Assembly (NCBI RefSeq): GCF_964355755.1
Contig: NC_092674.1
Coordinates: 7,130,001 to 7,194,000 of the forward strand
Direction: 5' to 3'
Origin: Antedon mediterranea
Lineage: Eukaryota > Animalia > Echinodermata
Length of the DNA stretch: 64,000 nucleotides
The translations under genes and the position numbers were made by a program. Positions 50,471 to 64,000 of the stretch are shown here, in pieces. The notes below the pieces were generated by a model that did not search any database, had not been told where the DNA came from, and saw only the letters and a list, made by a program, of their open reading frames with translations. The stretch's first letter is position 1; every line of letters starts with the position of its first letter.

Positions 50471-53400
50471 GTAAGAAAAGTTAGGCAATTAATTAAATTA
50501 AAGTTCTCACTTAGACTTTAGTGTGTAGGTATATATGTGATTTTAACTCATCTATGATATTATTCAGCATCAATACAATACAGGCTACATAATCCAGTTA
50601 ATAATTATGTTACTCAATTTATTATACATCTTTATTTATGATTGTTGTATAAATTTGTTAATTGTTTTGCAATTGTATGCAAATAAAATGTATATCTTCC
50701 AATTCATTTTGCATAAGAAATTAACTGTTTATAGTAACAACACAACAAATGTACTGTATGTTCATTCACATACAGACATTATCTACTTAGAAACGCGAAC
50801 AAAAAAAATGGGTTATGACTGAGAAAAAATAGTTGCAGTCCTGTGGAAAAATCAAAATTGAGTTGAACGAAACACTGCCTCACACTTCGACTCTGCCTCA
50901 CACCTTAATAACACTCCCTAACACCTTGACAACACTTTGACAACACTCCCTAAGCATCTACAGTAGTTCATGCTGATGACTAGATATTCAAGGTATGCAA
51001 AGATTGATCAGGAAAACCTAATCAATATGATAACAAATGGTGTATTTGGTCCTATTTCTTTATGTGTTCCAATCTATGATCTATCTACTCTGGAATGCAT
51101 AGTCAAATGACTTGACTATAAAAAATCGTATGTTTTGATAAATAAGATGAAAAATGGTATTCAGGACATAGGCAGAAGGGTGGTTGAAAGAGTTGTGATT
51201 GAGTTCACACAGCATTTTTACCCATAACCCCCCATATTGCTAGGTTATGCACAGCCACTGTTGAGAGCTCATGAGTCATTTGATTGGCTAGTCTGACATA
51301 AAGGGGACCCTTTACGGAGAGAAGCATGTACTTAAAACAAGTCTGAAGACAGGATTTGGCACCAGAAAGAACTTTCCCTCTTCTCTCGATTTCCCCCCCC
51401 CCCCCTACCTCAATAAAAGAGCACTTATACTACTTTGCCAACAGAAGTTAAAATCATAAACTGTGGCATTTGTAAAGAATTTTAACATTACAGTTTTTGT
51501 AAAACTTGTACAGTTGCAGTAATTCATTTACCATCTGATTTTTCCATAACAAATAATTTCGAGTGGGTGTACCCATGGGGTTAGTGTTAGGGTTGTTTTC
51601 AAATTGTGTATGATAATATTTGTCTCTCATGAAAATCACTCAGGTGTATCAAAGAATAAAAATACACTCTATTGTTATCTATCTGTTATGATATTTTGAA
51701 CAAAAACATATTCTTAAGCTAGATAACAAATAGTCTGGTAACTTTTGCCATTTAATAAAACTCCAGAATTTATGGCACTATTTTATAGCCTATGTTGATA
51801 AGCATTGAATTACAGTTCTATAGTAGTGTACACCATGAAAATGTACTGTAGCTACTGTAGGACTCAAATATAGTGTTGTGGGTTGGTGATTTCCAGAGGC
51901 CCACCAGTCGGTAACCACGTTATATGTCTGCAGTAGCTGGTACAGTATTAAATCAAACACGTGTATGCAAATACAGAACCATGGTTTTGTATTGACAAAT
52001 ATCTACATCGTCATCAACTTATCTAAAATGTTGTTCATGTCATTGGGACAACTTCTCAATTACATCGACTTGTGCAGGTGATATTTTGCATAGTATACTG
52101 ACTGGTTAAGATACTATATTTATACTATATACCCTTCTCATACTTTACTTATTATTTTAGGCCTATATTTCTTAACCCTGGGTACTGTACAGTAATCATA
52201 TCTATAGTGTTTAAGCCATCATTTAGTATCTACTGGTACAAACTTGATTGCCATGACCGTGAGTAACCTCTTCACTGTGGTTTAGCTTGAATGAAATAGT
52301 GATGACTCAATCCTACACACCTCTTTTAGATCCTTTAAGATCTGCATTATTTACACCAATTGTCATGCTTAAATTAACCGTGGGCGTGGCTAGGTGCCAC
52401 ACAGTCATGTACTTCATACTCAACTTCGTAATCATTAATGGACTAATCCTGTAGTAGTCACATTAATGGACTAATCCTGTAGTAGTTACATTAATTTTAA
52501 AATTAAATTTTTTGATGTTTTTATGTTAATATGCTATAGCTGTTTTCAATTTTATCTGTTTTTTAGAATATACTTTTCTGTCAAATGATGATCCTTATAA
52601 GATGAGCATGGTCTGGATTTATAATGGTGGTAGCTAAAAACAATATGAAGATCTTAACTAAGTTTGTACGGAATTCCTAAAGTGAAATCAATATCTTGTT
52701 CTTCTCCATGGTACAAACATAATGTACAGCAAAGTTGTTGTGTTTAGTGGTTGAACTTACTATTGTTGTGTAACATACATTAACTATATTCAAAATGAAT
52801 TCAACAAAATTGGACTTTGATTTTATCAGATCTGATATTGGACTAGGTACTCTAATAAATAACAAATTTCTTAAACAAATATAAAGTTATCCTTTACTAG
52901 CTTGCAAATATGTACTGTCATTATAGATATTACTATTAATAGTTACACTGTTTTGTCCGTTCATATAGGACAATACTTAATTGTAGGCCAGATACACAAA
53001 TTGTTTTTGGATCCAGTAAATAGGTGTGGATGTTGTGTCATTTCAGAGATTTGTGGTATTTAATAGTTCTGGTAAATCACATTGGCCTGATATAACCTGC
53101 TAATTATCAATATACTAAAGTAGTATGTTGCTGTACAGCCAATTCCCCATTGGAGCTCCATTGAACATGAATGAATTCACAGGCCTGGTTCTTAGAGGAT
53201 ACTATAACAAGGAGTCATGTGGTCATCATTAATACAAAGTTGTGGTTGACATTACAATTTCAAGACTGTTATATATTCATAGATCCATTATAATTTTTTA
53301 GTAGAATTGTTAATATGAGACAAGGTTTCCAAAGCTTACCACAACGTATATATCCATATGGTCAGTCCTGTATTTACTTTAAGATCAATTGACTGCATTT

Positions 53401-56400
53401 AGAAAAAAAGCATCTGACCTCCTGGGAAGCCTTCGCAAATTCGGGATTAACTAATACTATTGTTATTTGAAACAGATGCAGTTAAAACCAGGCCTTTAAA
53501 GCTATATTTGTAATGCATTTTAAATGAGTACAATATTATACTAATAATGTTTATGAGTGCAATAGTACAAATAATTTCATGAGCAGGTAAAAATAGAACA
53601 TTTCATCTTTCACCAAATTAAATTATTTGTTCTATTGCATGAAAGAAACATTTATTATTTGTTTTATAACAAACAAGGGTTCATTGGAATAGTTTATTAA
53701 ATATCATGTGACCTGCAACAATCCTCCAATAAAATTGCAAGAATCTACTCAGGTGTGATAACTCAACTTGTTTAAATATAAATAAAATTTATCTTTCCTG
53801 GTAAGATCATTATTTTTAATTGAACACTGTGGTATCAAAAGTATTCCTATAATCAAATATCAAATTTCATCGATTTATAGATTTTTCGTAGTTTCTATAG
53901 TAATTATAGATTTTCAGCTGTCTTTGTCTATAATCTTTAGGCAATAAGCAGAGTTTGATTTAGTACTAGCCCAATAACAATCCTATAGCAAGTGGGGTTT
54001 GTAGGGTTTGGCCCCGGGTTTGGCTAAGGGCTTGCTATTGGGCTGACTAAATCAAACTATTATGGCTTAAACGTCATTTTATAGACAAAACTACTTTTCG
54101 AACAACATTAGTTGAGACCAGGGAGTTTTGAGACCATAAGCAGTGAAAGTGCTAGTAAATATAATAGGCAGTGACTCATGATTTTTTTACCAGTTTTAAA
54201 ATGTTATCTACTAGTGGACCTAAAACTAATTTTCTTCCATATACCCTTCAATTTTGTTATAAAAAACTCTCACTGTAAAAATTCTGGACTATGGGCTTAT
54301 TATTAAATAAAACCATGTACAGTAAAATTCTGTTACATAAATCTTGTCTGAGATCTACTGTACTTTTCTAAATATTATAAATTATTAATAAAATACCAAA
54401 TTTTAGAAGGATTTCATTAGCTTGACATACTAATTTTCTTATCAGTTAAAACATAATCAGTGCGGTTTGCTTTGATTATTTAGCAGGGGTGTGGTTTATT
54501 TCCGATAAAGTCATAAAGCTCTATCTATACTATCAAAGTTTATGTGACAAAAAATGTGATGTGTGCCCATATATGGACATGATGATATCATATTACTACC
54601 ATATTTAGAAATATCACTATCATATTTAGGAACATCACACATTTTTTGTCAAACTAGTTATTTTTTATAGTGTGGACAGAGCTTAACAAGATTCTTATAC
54701 AGTATATTGCAATTTGTAATAATAGCCTTTATTACTGTTTAGTAGGAGCTTAATAAAATCAATGGCCTTGTAACCTTTCCTTCAAATTTTAATCCCTGTA
54801 ATTTTCTCTTGGTGTGCTAATTGTTTCCTATAATTCTAATTGATTTGAGCAAAAAGTAATTATAAATAGATTCATGTTTAAGTGTCTATTTCGTGCCTAG
54901 CTTACCTAGCCTCTCTCTCCAAACAGAGGAATGCATTACGAAATAAAAAAAAAACATTAATATACATTAGTACAGTAAATTATCACACCATCGTTGGATA
55001 ATGGTATAGTCTGTACCAGAGCTCCCCTTATGTGAGACACACCCACTTAACATCGTCATTTCCTTTTGTAACGCCTTTAAATGTCAAATCGTATGGTCTT
55101 TATTCATACAGTAGAACCCCTCCTTTGGGACACCTATTTAGAGGACATTAAGGGAACACTTTTCATTAAAACCCATGGGGAAATATGTTTTATTACTATA
55201 GCCAACGCCTATTCAAGGGACAGCCTATTAAATTGGTTCCTAAACGACTATACTGTTTATTTCCTTCAGTTTGGACTTTGGAATTGATTAATTTGAACTG
55301 GTTAATAAGAAAGATATGGATCTGCTTATCAAAATAAATCACATTTATGACAATATACAAGTAATTATACTAAGATGGTGTTATAGTCTTTTACTTTAAA
55401 ATGACCCCAACCCCACTTGTTTCCTTCATTCACTCAATAACAACACCTAGTATACAGGCCTGCACTCAGTTGTCAGCCTAATATAAACAACAGGTCTGCA
55501 TAATGTATTTTTGGTTACCATATTGGCAGACACCGTCTTCTGAAAAATGTAGTACATTTATTATCATACTGATTCTCCAACAATAATAAACAACAATCGG
55601 AAATTGAATATTGTACAAAACAATATATACAGCAAATATACATGCACATATATAGAAAAACATTTAAATGCAGTTAACAGACCTGATTGGCTTCCCAATT
55701 ATTGACCACAATAGGTTCTTACAAATACAATTGTGTTATATTTAGAGTAACGGTATTTTCAGATACAGTCAGGGGGAAATTGTAATGCAGTTTGGCTTTA
55801 TTGTATTGTATGCAAAATGACTTTCCTGTTTAGGCCAATTCTAAATATTTAGGCATGGGTTCATCAAAGTGAAACCGGCAAGAAATATTAAAAGATTATG
55901 TATCTCCTTGGATTTAACACTTACCACATTTAGCTAGTAGGCCTAATACTATAGCAGTAAATGTACATGTTATTAGGACGAACAACTAAACATACCATCT
56001 GAAGGATGAGGTGGTTACAGCACCCTCTATCTATTATCGAGAGGCAAGAAGTGCAGTGTGCGACAAGCAGTATCACGTGATTGTGAGGGGATGCCCTTTT
56101 CGTACATTGGCTTAAATATCATAAATTTGCTTGTGTGTAAAAAAAAAACACACATATACACCAAAATTCGGTTATCTTTGTAATTCGGGAGAAAATGTGG
56201 AAAACCGAGATTCTCCTGACCAAAATGGAAGTGTTTCATTCACATTTATTTGAAACAATCAAAAAAAAAAAAACAAGCATACAGCATTACAATAAGATTT
56301 GTGAACTTCTTTACTATTCTTAACCACCATGCTGTTAAGAGGATTTAAGTATTTGACAGATTAAATTTCTAATTGCCTTGGTGCTGGTAGAATTTCTGAG

Positions 56401-58012
56401 ATTCACAAGCTACATTCCTGCATTAGAAAAGGTTCTGAAATTTCTTTCAACGCACATAAAAAAGAGAGATTTATTATAATCTTTAAGTCTTTTAGAATCA
56501 TTAAGTTTTATAGAAAGATGAAGGACTCAAGGTGTGTCCAGGCATGCAATGTTTAATGTAATGTATGTTTAATGTTGATTTTTAAAAATAAAAGATTTCA
56601 TTATATTTTAATACAAAACATTATTTAATTTTTTCCACTAAAGCTAGATTCACACTTGTTCCATTTAATAGCCGACAACGTTCAATTGTTTAACAATACG
56701 CCGCCATCTTAATTCTGTTCCGTAAATGGGACAAGTGTAAATGTACCTTAACACTGTTAGATTTTGTACACTTGCTCTCTTCTTAATAATAATGCTTGAT
56801 AAATAGAATTTATGAAAACAAGTGGTTTGGAATGTTTTACTGCGATGGTCAGTTTTTTACTGTTGCACGGGTTTTTATTACGACTACACACTTTGATTGA
56901 GTGGTCATTTCTTACGAATACGGTAGCCACCAATTATACGATACAACTTTAGGCGTCGTTAACAAATGACTATTCATCTAGAATTTAAAAACAGACTGTT
57001 TAAGCCTGAAGCAATTATACAATTCCTATACTGCATTAATAGTCCCATCCTAGGACAATGACAAGTCTGTAGGCCCAGTGATTTCAACGTTTTCTTTTAT
57101 GCTCGGTGAACCGTGTCCCTTTGATAGTAGCATACAGTAATACAGTAATACCTCCATGAGTAGACACAGTGAATCACTCACTGGTATAAGTATTGACGTT
57201 TTAGTTGAGCATAGGAATGCCAATACAATCCTCATTCTTGTGGGAATTAACCTTGTTGTATTGTGTCTGTTACCTCTACCATAGCACTGTGCATAAGAGG
57301 AAATAAGTGCTGTAGCTTTCAATGGAATCGTACATTGTCGCTATCATACATTGGTAAATGCGTTTGGTATCTGTTGAATTAACAACAGGTATGTACAGTA
57401 TCAGGAATGTTTTCCATTGAATAGATTAGTTTGAACCAGTTTAGAACAGATACAAAACTTTACTTGTATAGGTTTAATTTAGTTATTTTTAGTTATGGTG
57501 TTATAATAGGATAATGATAAACTGTCTTGATGTTGAAATAATCAGTGCTCATTTATATAGTTTTTTAATGAAAACAGATAATGTGTCCTCTGCCATTGAG
57601 TTTTTTGGTATTTTGGAGAACTATTCAATTGAAATTTTGAAGTGCAACTTTAAAGCTACTTCTTTTGTGGTAAATTGGAGCTAATTAAAAGTGGTTTTTA
57701 TTTGTAGAAAAAGTCTTCCGATTGGAAGTGTCAAACAATGTCTACATTATCAAACTAGTTTGACAAATATGGTAGTGATATGACATCATTATGTCCATAT
57801 ATCGGCACATCACATTTATTTGTCGCTTAAAGTTTGATAGTGTAGACAGAGCTTAGATTGGACCACCTGTAATTTAATATTTGACAAAATTTAACTATTT
57901 ATCATTTCAGATTCTAACTGGTTGATTACTATTCTGTGGAAGTGTCTATTGACTAGATTGTTTTAAGACTGTTGACGTACAGTTGAGTTACTAATATCTA
58001 GGGTAAGTCTGT

Positions 58013-58381
58013 GGGACTGTTTCTGCTGCATAGCGCCAAATAAACCATTGATTTCAAAATAAATTTTAAATAAAATTTTATATGCTAAATTTGTGCTCCT
58101 AAATAACCATTTAAATCAGTGGGTGATCGTCGACAGAAATTGTTAGCCTTACCCAAAATGCAATGGACTCCGGCCATTACTGCAGTGTACTGTAGTTGGT
58201 CAGCGGTTTTTTTGAGCTGCAGTTAAAAGTTGGTTAAATGGCGTTCTGTTTTTAACCGTTATTTTCAGGCTGCCATATAACTGGTAACTGAAAATTTGTT
58301 GTGGTTCTGCTGCCAAGAAACAGGGGTTAATTTATTCACATGGTTAAAAACCAGTTATGTTTTCGCAGCAAAAACAGGACT
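58013..58381. mobile_element. Old Harbinger-like MITE
   Basis: Degenerate TIRs GGGACTGTTTCTGCTGC and GCAGCAAAAACAGGAC, related to 6703-7527. Confidence 0.55.
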
Positions 58382-59167
58382 TAAGAATCTGTTTTATGGG
58401 AATTATTTTGATAATATCTGCAATATGATAAAACAATTATCTTTTCTAGCTTTATCTGTATATATCAGATCAAATATTTGAAATGAAAAACATTGATAAT
58501 AATGTTATGTTAAGTAATGTTTTCATTATTGATGTTAAATCAGAATTTGCATGTTACAGTATGTATGGAAATATGCAGAAAAATGATTGTATAGAGAGGT
58601 TAAAGTTCAATGAAATCAAGAAAGACAATAGAGTTTGTTTGGACAGTAGATCTATAATAACATTTTATTATACAGTATAACTGATTTCCTTCCGTCAGAA
58701 AAGTTTAAATTCCTGATTCGTTTTGCAACCAGGAGCTAGTGGCTACCATGAGCTGTAGTCAATAGAAAGGTGGATACTACATGGATAGCTAGAGAAGTCT
58801 GGGGGTGGGTTGTAAGTTAAAGTTTGAAGGGGAAAATAGCAGTATTTTCAGGTACCCAGATGTTTTTTGTGGGTATGTGCTGAGAGGAAGACCTTAAAAT
58901 AAGCTTTAGGCTGGTTAGAATTGACTTTGAATGTAGATGTCCCAACGCAATATACCTAGAAACTTGTCGCTTATTCTGAAAGGACTTTTAGACAGAACAG
59001 GATCTTGGATTTTTAAAACATGATAGTGGTAATAATTATAACCAAAAAAACAGATATAAAAATTAGTTTATAATTTCATTTTAACTGTCAAAAAGGAGAA
59101 GCGGCCACCCCTACTTTGCATCCACCCTGCAGAAGCATTGGGTTATATTTAGTACAGAACTTAAATC

Positions 59168-60295
59168 GCGTTTTTGTTTGGAGGAAAAGAATACTTTATT
59201 CAAACAGCAAATTACTGTATTTATAATTGTGTGAGATTTGTTTTGGATGTTGAAGTTTGTGGACGAGAATGAGGGACATTAAAATGCCCCTATTTTGGAA
59301 GGGGTTTTTGGACAGGCCGTTTTTTCCTGAAGTACTGTACATTTTAAAAACTCACCTCTTTGACAAACATTTCCATTACTATATTTATAAAAATAATGTA
59401 AAACAGTATAAAGTAATCTTTACCAGCAACTAGCAGCGCAACATAAAAATAGCTATTGAAATAGGTGAGTTTTCAGCAGAGAATTGAGTGAGTTTATTTT
59501 TAATTATCCAAATTTACATATATTATATAATTTGTTAATTGCATTCTTCTAATAAAACTGAATCACAATGATATACACTTAAGAGTATAATAATCCAAAG
59601 ACCCTAAAACCTAAAGATATTCTACCATAAAGGGAAAGATTATATAACTGAATATATATTATATATCTGTAATTGGTGGAAGGCTATAAATATATGATAT
59701 ATATCAAACTATTATTGATATAATCTTGCTAAATTTTCGGCATTGATCAAAACTCCAGCTGTGGTATCATAAAAAGGTTATATTTGTCTACCTTTTCTTA
59801 ATATTGAATCCTATATTTGTGCGGTGTTTTCATGTTTTCTTACGTCACTTTAGTCTGTGATTAGATTAGCGTTGATTTGTAAGGGCAGTGGTGTATTGGA
59901 CCTGGAGCTATAGAAATAGCCTTTGTATGCAGATAGTTCAAATTCAGTGAATTGTAACCAAAGTAAGGATGACTTGGCAATTGTGAATTATTATTCTTTT
60001 CCCATTCTCAATAAAGTTAGTTAAATACAAATAGACAATCCCAAATAAGGCTGGAATTGTGAGCATGACGTACAGAAATTAATTTGCGTTTTTGTTTGGA
60101 GGAAAAGAATACTTTATTCAAACAGCAAATTACTGTATTTATAATTGTGAGAGATTTGTTTTGGATGTTGAAGTTTGTGGACGAGAATGAGGGACATTAA
60201 AATGCCCCTATTTTGGAAGGGGTTTTTGGACAGGCCTTTTTTTCCTGAAGTACTGTACATTTTAAAAACTCACCTCTTTGACAAACATTTCCATT
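59168..60295. repeat. 210-bp near-identical direct repeat (59168-59377 and 60086-60295)
   Basis: About 2 mismatches by eye. Confidence 0.93.
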
Positions 60296-61421
60296 TTCAA
60301 TAATCACAACTTTCCATGTGAAAAAAAATGTGATGTACTCATAAATGGACATGACGATGTTATATCACCACCATGTTTTGGGCATATCACTACCATATTT
60401 GGGCACATCACACATTTTTGTCACTAGTTTGATAGTGTAGGTTTAGATGCTAAAATTCAAAACAAGTTAGTATGTATGTTCTACCTTTTTGTAGTATACA
60501 GTACATCTCTATGCTTCATCATCGTAGAGTACATAGCATGTCATGTCACATCCTAATATTTCATGCCATTTGATTCCTGTCGTATACAGTAGTACTATAT
60601 AGTGATTATAATGTATATTTCAAAATGAATCTTCATGTATCAATATTAATAAAGAGCGCAATTACTTTCAGATTCTTTCAGTTTTTTTGGGGTATAAAAA
60701 TACCGCATGTTCACCGTACGTATTCTGATTACATCAAACCAATAACGATTGTTTTGTTAAGTTCCAGGATGTTTACACAGAACAACAAGTTGTGTAGCAA
60801 AGCTGTACATTGTATTAACAACAATGGCATTTATCGTTGTCATTTTTCAAGACCACTGTTATGATAGTTCTAATAGTCAGTAGATAAATATTGACATTAA
60901 ATAAATGATTTATTTCATTTTCATACATTCTGAAAGCAAAAATGACAACATAGGGACAGGTTCAGAGATTTTAGGTTCAAAATATTTATTTTAAAAGTAA
61001 CCAGTGACTTTATTCACCAGTCTATCTTTACTGTAAGTGAATACCACTTTTAGGGGAATCCATGATTGTAAGTAAAATTCTTATGGGAAATGTGTGTGTG
61101 GTGAATTTTGCGACAGTACCCAACCCGGTTGAACCACAAGAACAGTTAGATTTGTCTGTAGGCGAATTATCCAGGTAAGATAGCACTTATAGACTACCCA
61201 CACTACTTTTTGTTTGTGTAGCCTCTATTACGTTTGTGGTGCAAACTTTATTTCCCCATTTGAAACAATTTCTTAGATGGTCCCCCAGGTGGTCATCATG
61301 GCCATGCAAAATTCAACAAGTGTTACCACCATAGCATACGAGTCTGTGGAATAGCTTGACCTCTTATTAATGTGTTCCACTACCACATGGGTAGATACTA
61401 ACAGTTTTATGTTGTTACTAA

Positions 61422-62495
61422 GACCCCATTTACACTTCAGCTTTTAGCGAGCCCGAGGCCGGCTCGAGGCCGGCTCCGAGCCAAAAGTGCACAAGTGTAA
61501 ACACTCTGGGAACAACCGAGCCGGCCTCGAGCCGGCTCAATTTTGAGCCTAGTCTAGAGTAGGCTTCGGGCCGGCAATTGCGGGCTTCGGGCCGGCACTT
61601 CGTATAGTGTAAACACTCGCGGTCATAAAATGAACGTTCTGTGTCAACTATAGCTTTAAGTTTACGAAACTTATTGCTGATGAATCGGAAATTCTTCATT
61701 GAAATTAAATTGGTGAAGATGCCTTTTTCACGATCTATGACAAACAATGCCGTGTGCAACGAAGCGTAACCAACAGAAATAACAGCGTTTTCAGGGGATT
61801 TCAGGACACCATGTGGCGCCTATGCTTATAAACTGTGGTGTTTTTTTCGATGTACTTAAGAAGTGAAAAAAAAAATTTAAATTTTTTTTAATCACACAGT
61901 TCTATAGGCTAATCTTTAAAGAACATTTTACAGTAAAAAATGTTGTCCATACGACTGTCCGTTGAGGAGTTACGAATTTTTAAGTAACTTGTCCTCCGAA
62001 AATAGGCTGAAAACGCTATGTTATTTCTGTTGGTTACGCTTCGTTGAACGGCATTGTTTGTGTTGTCATCGATCATGGAGTAAAGAATCATCGATCGAAG
62101 ATGTCTTCCGTTTCGTGAAAAAGGCGTATGATCTACTACTATTCTTTAGAAAACGAGACGCAAACATTAGTAGTAAAGCAATAATACAATTGTTTTGATC
62201 CATATTAAATACCGTTATTTGATTCTTTTTTGATAAAGTTGATAGGCCTAGGCCTAGTGTAGATTGATAACGCTTATAATATTAACTTTTTAAGACGCAC
62301 AGGAGCGGATATGACGTGAATGTAGCGAAATCGTATCATCGAGCACTCTTCCGCGAGAGCAAGTGTAAACGCAATAGTAAGGGCCCGAGGCCGGCTTTTT
62401 GGGTAAGTGTAAACACATTGCGGGCTAAAAAGAAAGCCGGCGTCGGGCCGACTTCGGGCCGGCTAAGAAATCGTCGATGAAGTGTAAATGGGGTC
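61422..62495. mobile_element. PIF/Harbinger-type MITE
   Basis: 18-bp perfect TIR GACCCCATTTACACTTCA, TAA TSD, GC-rich subterminal GCCGGC motifs. Confidence 0.9.
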
Positions 62496-63452
62496 TAAAT
62501 CACCAGTAATACATACAATGTTACTGTATTAGAATTTGGAATGTTGTAATGTTTAGTATGCCTAGTCTAAGCTTAATAAATAATAGTACTGAGAGCAGTA
62601 TTACAAGTATCTGCTTACATGCAAAAAAAAAACACACTATTTTTATCATACCCCCATATACTTTTAGAGGGTTCACAGTTTAATATGCAGTGTTCTGGTT
62701 GCGGGGATATAGAATTGGAGGTAATCTGATCAAATCTTGTCAACTTAGTCAAACCTTATAATCAAACTCAAACGAGTATGCCTCGCATGAAAACACCCTG
62801 TTTGTTGGATAAGTTTATTTGGCCCTCTGGCTCAACACTCTACAATCTATTTGACCAGTTTATTTATACTTGCATTATAAAACATCCTATTGGACGAGAA
62901 TACTTGCCCCTGCCTTACACGAAACACCCTATTGGAGTGCACTTATACCTGGACCAGTATACCTATACTTACCTTGCTAAACACACTATTGAACCAGTAG
63001 TCTATATTTTGAATACCTTACATTGTCCGTCATGTTAAGAAATTAAAGTTGTGTTTTGGTTTGAAGTTGTGTATTTTCTCTGGATTGGAAGGAAGGTTGG
63101 TGTTTTTTTTCTTGGAATAATTAATTTATAAATTAATTTTGGTTATTTAATAACAATATTCTTGTTAAATTGAAACCACCATCTTTTCAAGCAATTAACT
63201 GCTTTATTATATTTCACAGGAAACATTAAAGGGTAGAAACAGGATCTTGGATTTGATTGGTTGGATCACCTTGACATTTGACATGTCAAGTATAAAATTT
63301 CATTTCATAAATTGTTTTGTTTATTCTGTTTATACATTTTATTACTATTGCATTCTATACATTTTATCACATATTGAAATACTTTGGTTTTGAAACAGTC
63401 CATAGATATTTTATCAAACCATGTTGAGTCTATACATCTAGTCATGGGATTA

Positions 63453-63667
63453 CAATAGAACCCCCTTTTGGGACACCCCTATTCAGGGGACATCCCATTT
63501 TTAGGAGACATTTCTATTAAAGGGACACCTGTTAATTGAGCACTTTCCTGTGAAACGAACAAAGGGCAAGGAAAATACATGTTTTGATTAACGCCTATTC
63601 GCAGGACATCCCTCTTCAGGGGACACTTTGTTGGGACCAATAGTGTCCCCTTATAGGGTTCTACTGG
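63453..63667. mobile_element. Tigger-like MITE (same family as 16436-17140)
   Basis: CAATAGAACCC..GGGTTCTACTG, with internal GGGACA(C/T)CCC motifs. Confidence 0.7.
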
Positions 63668-64000
63668 ATAGTAGTAAAAATATTCCAAATACTTTCGGTC
63701 TTGAGTTGGAATTTATAAATGGTTTTGCTAAGCAGTGCTTAAGTAAAAATTGAAATTTTTATTTATGACTAACTTTGAACAGAGTTAAGAAGGTTTTGAC
63801 TAATTTTCGATAAGTTTTATGCAATACAATTGTTGAATGCTGTGTTATACTTATACTTGCATTAAAATGGCATTGCAGGTAACCATTGAGTGGGTACAAT
63901 TAAGCATATACTGTACTCTTAAACTAAATGGCATTGGGCTATGTGTGAAAGATCATTGTAACATGACATTGTATTTAATCTACCCTGGCACTTTAAAGCA

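Noticed and set aside
59168-60295. LTR or TRIM element
   Set aside because: No TG..CA termini, PBS, PPT or TSD were found.
50600-64000. Short ORFs in the track
   Set aside because: They have no recognisable motifs or consistent exon chain, as expected by chance in AT-rich or TE DNA.

Overview
AT-rich animal genomic DNA with spliceosomal introns; an invertebrate deuterostome such as an echinoderm is my inference, not provable here. Two intron-containing genes converge tail-to-tail. On + is an MGAT4A/B-type GlcNAc-transferase IV (12 coding exons at 5129-33884, 5' part outside the window, with a candidate alternative last exon). On - is the RBR E3 ligase RNF14/ARA54 (6 coding exons at 37821-41368, 485 aa). 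Upstream of RNF14 is a three-level nested insertion, each level with its own TSD: a Mutator-like TIR element (9-bp TSD) holds a LINE (16-bp TSD), which holds a Harbinger derivative with a Myb/SANT fragment (3-bp TSD). Just beyond lie three vault-RNA-like genes at ~500-bp spacing (47599-48707) and a tRNA-Gln(CTG). The vault RNA copies show a compensatory stem change, lack the internal B box and share upstream TGACG motifs; this is the most interesting signal. The rest holds RTE and CR1/L2-type LINEs, tRNA-derived SINEs, many MITEs and minisatellites. All calls were made by eye, with no database searches.
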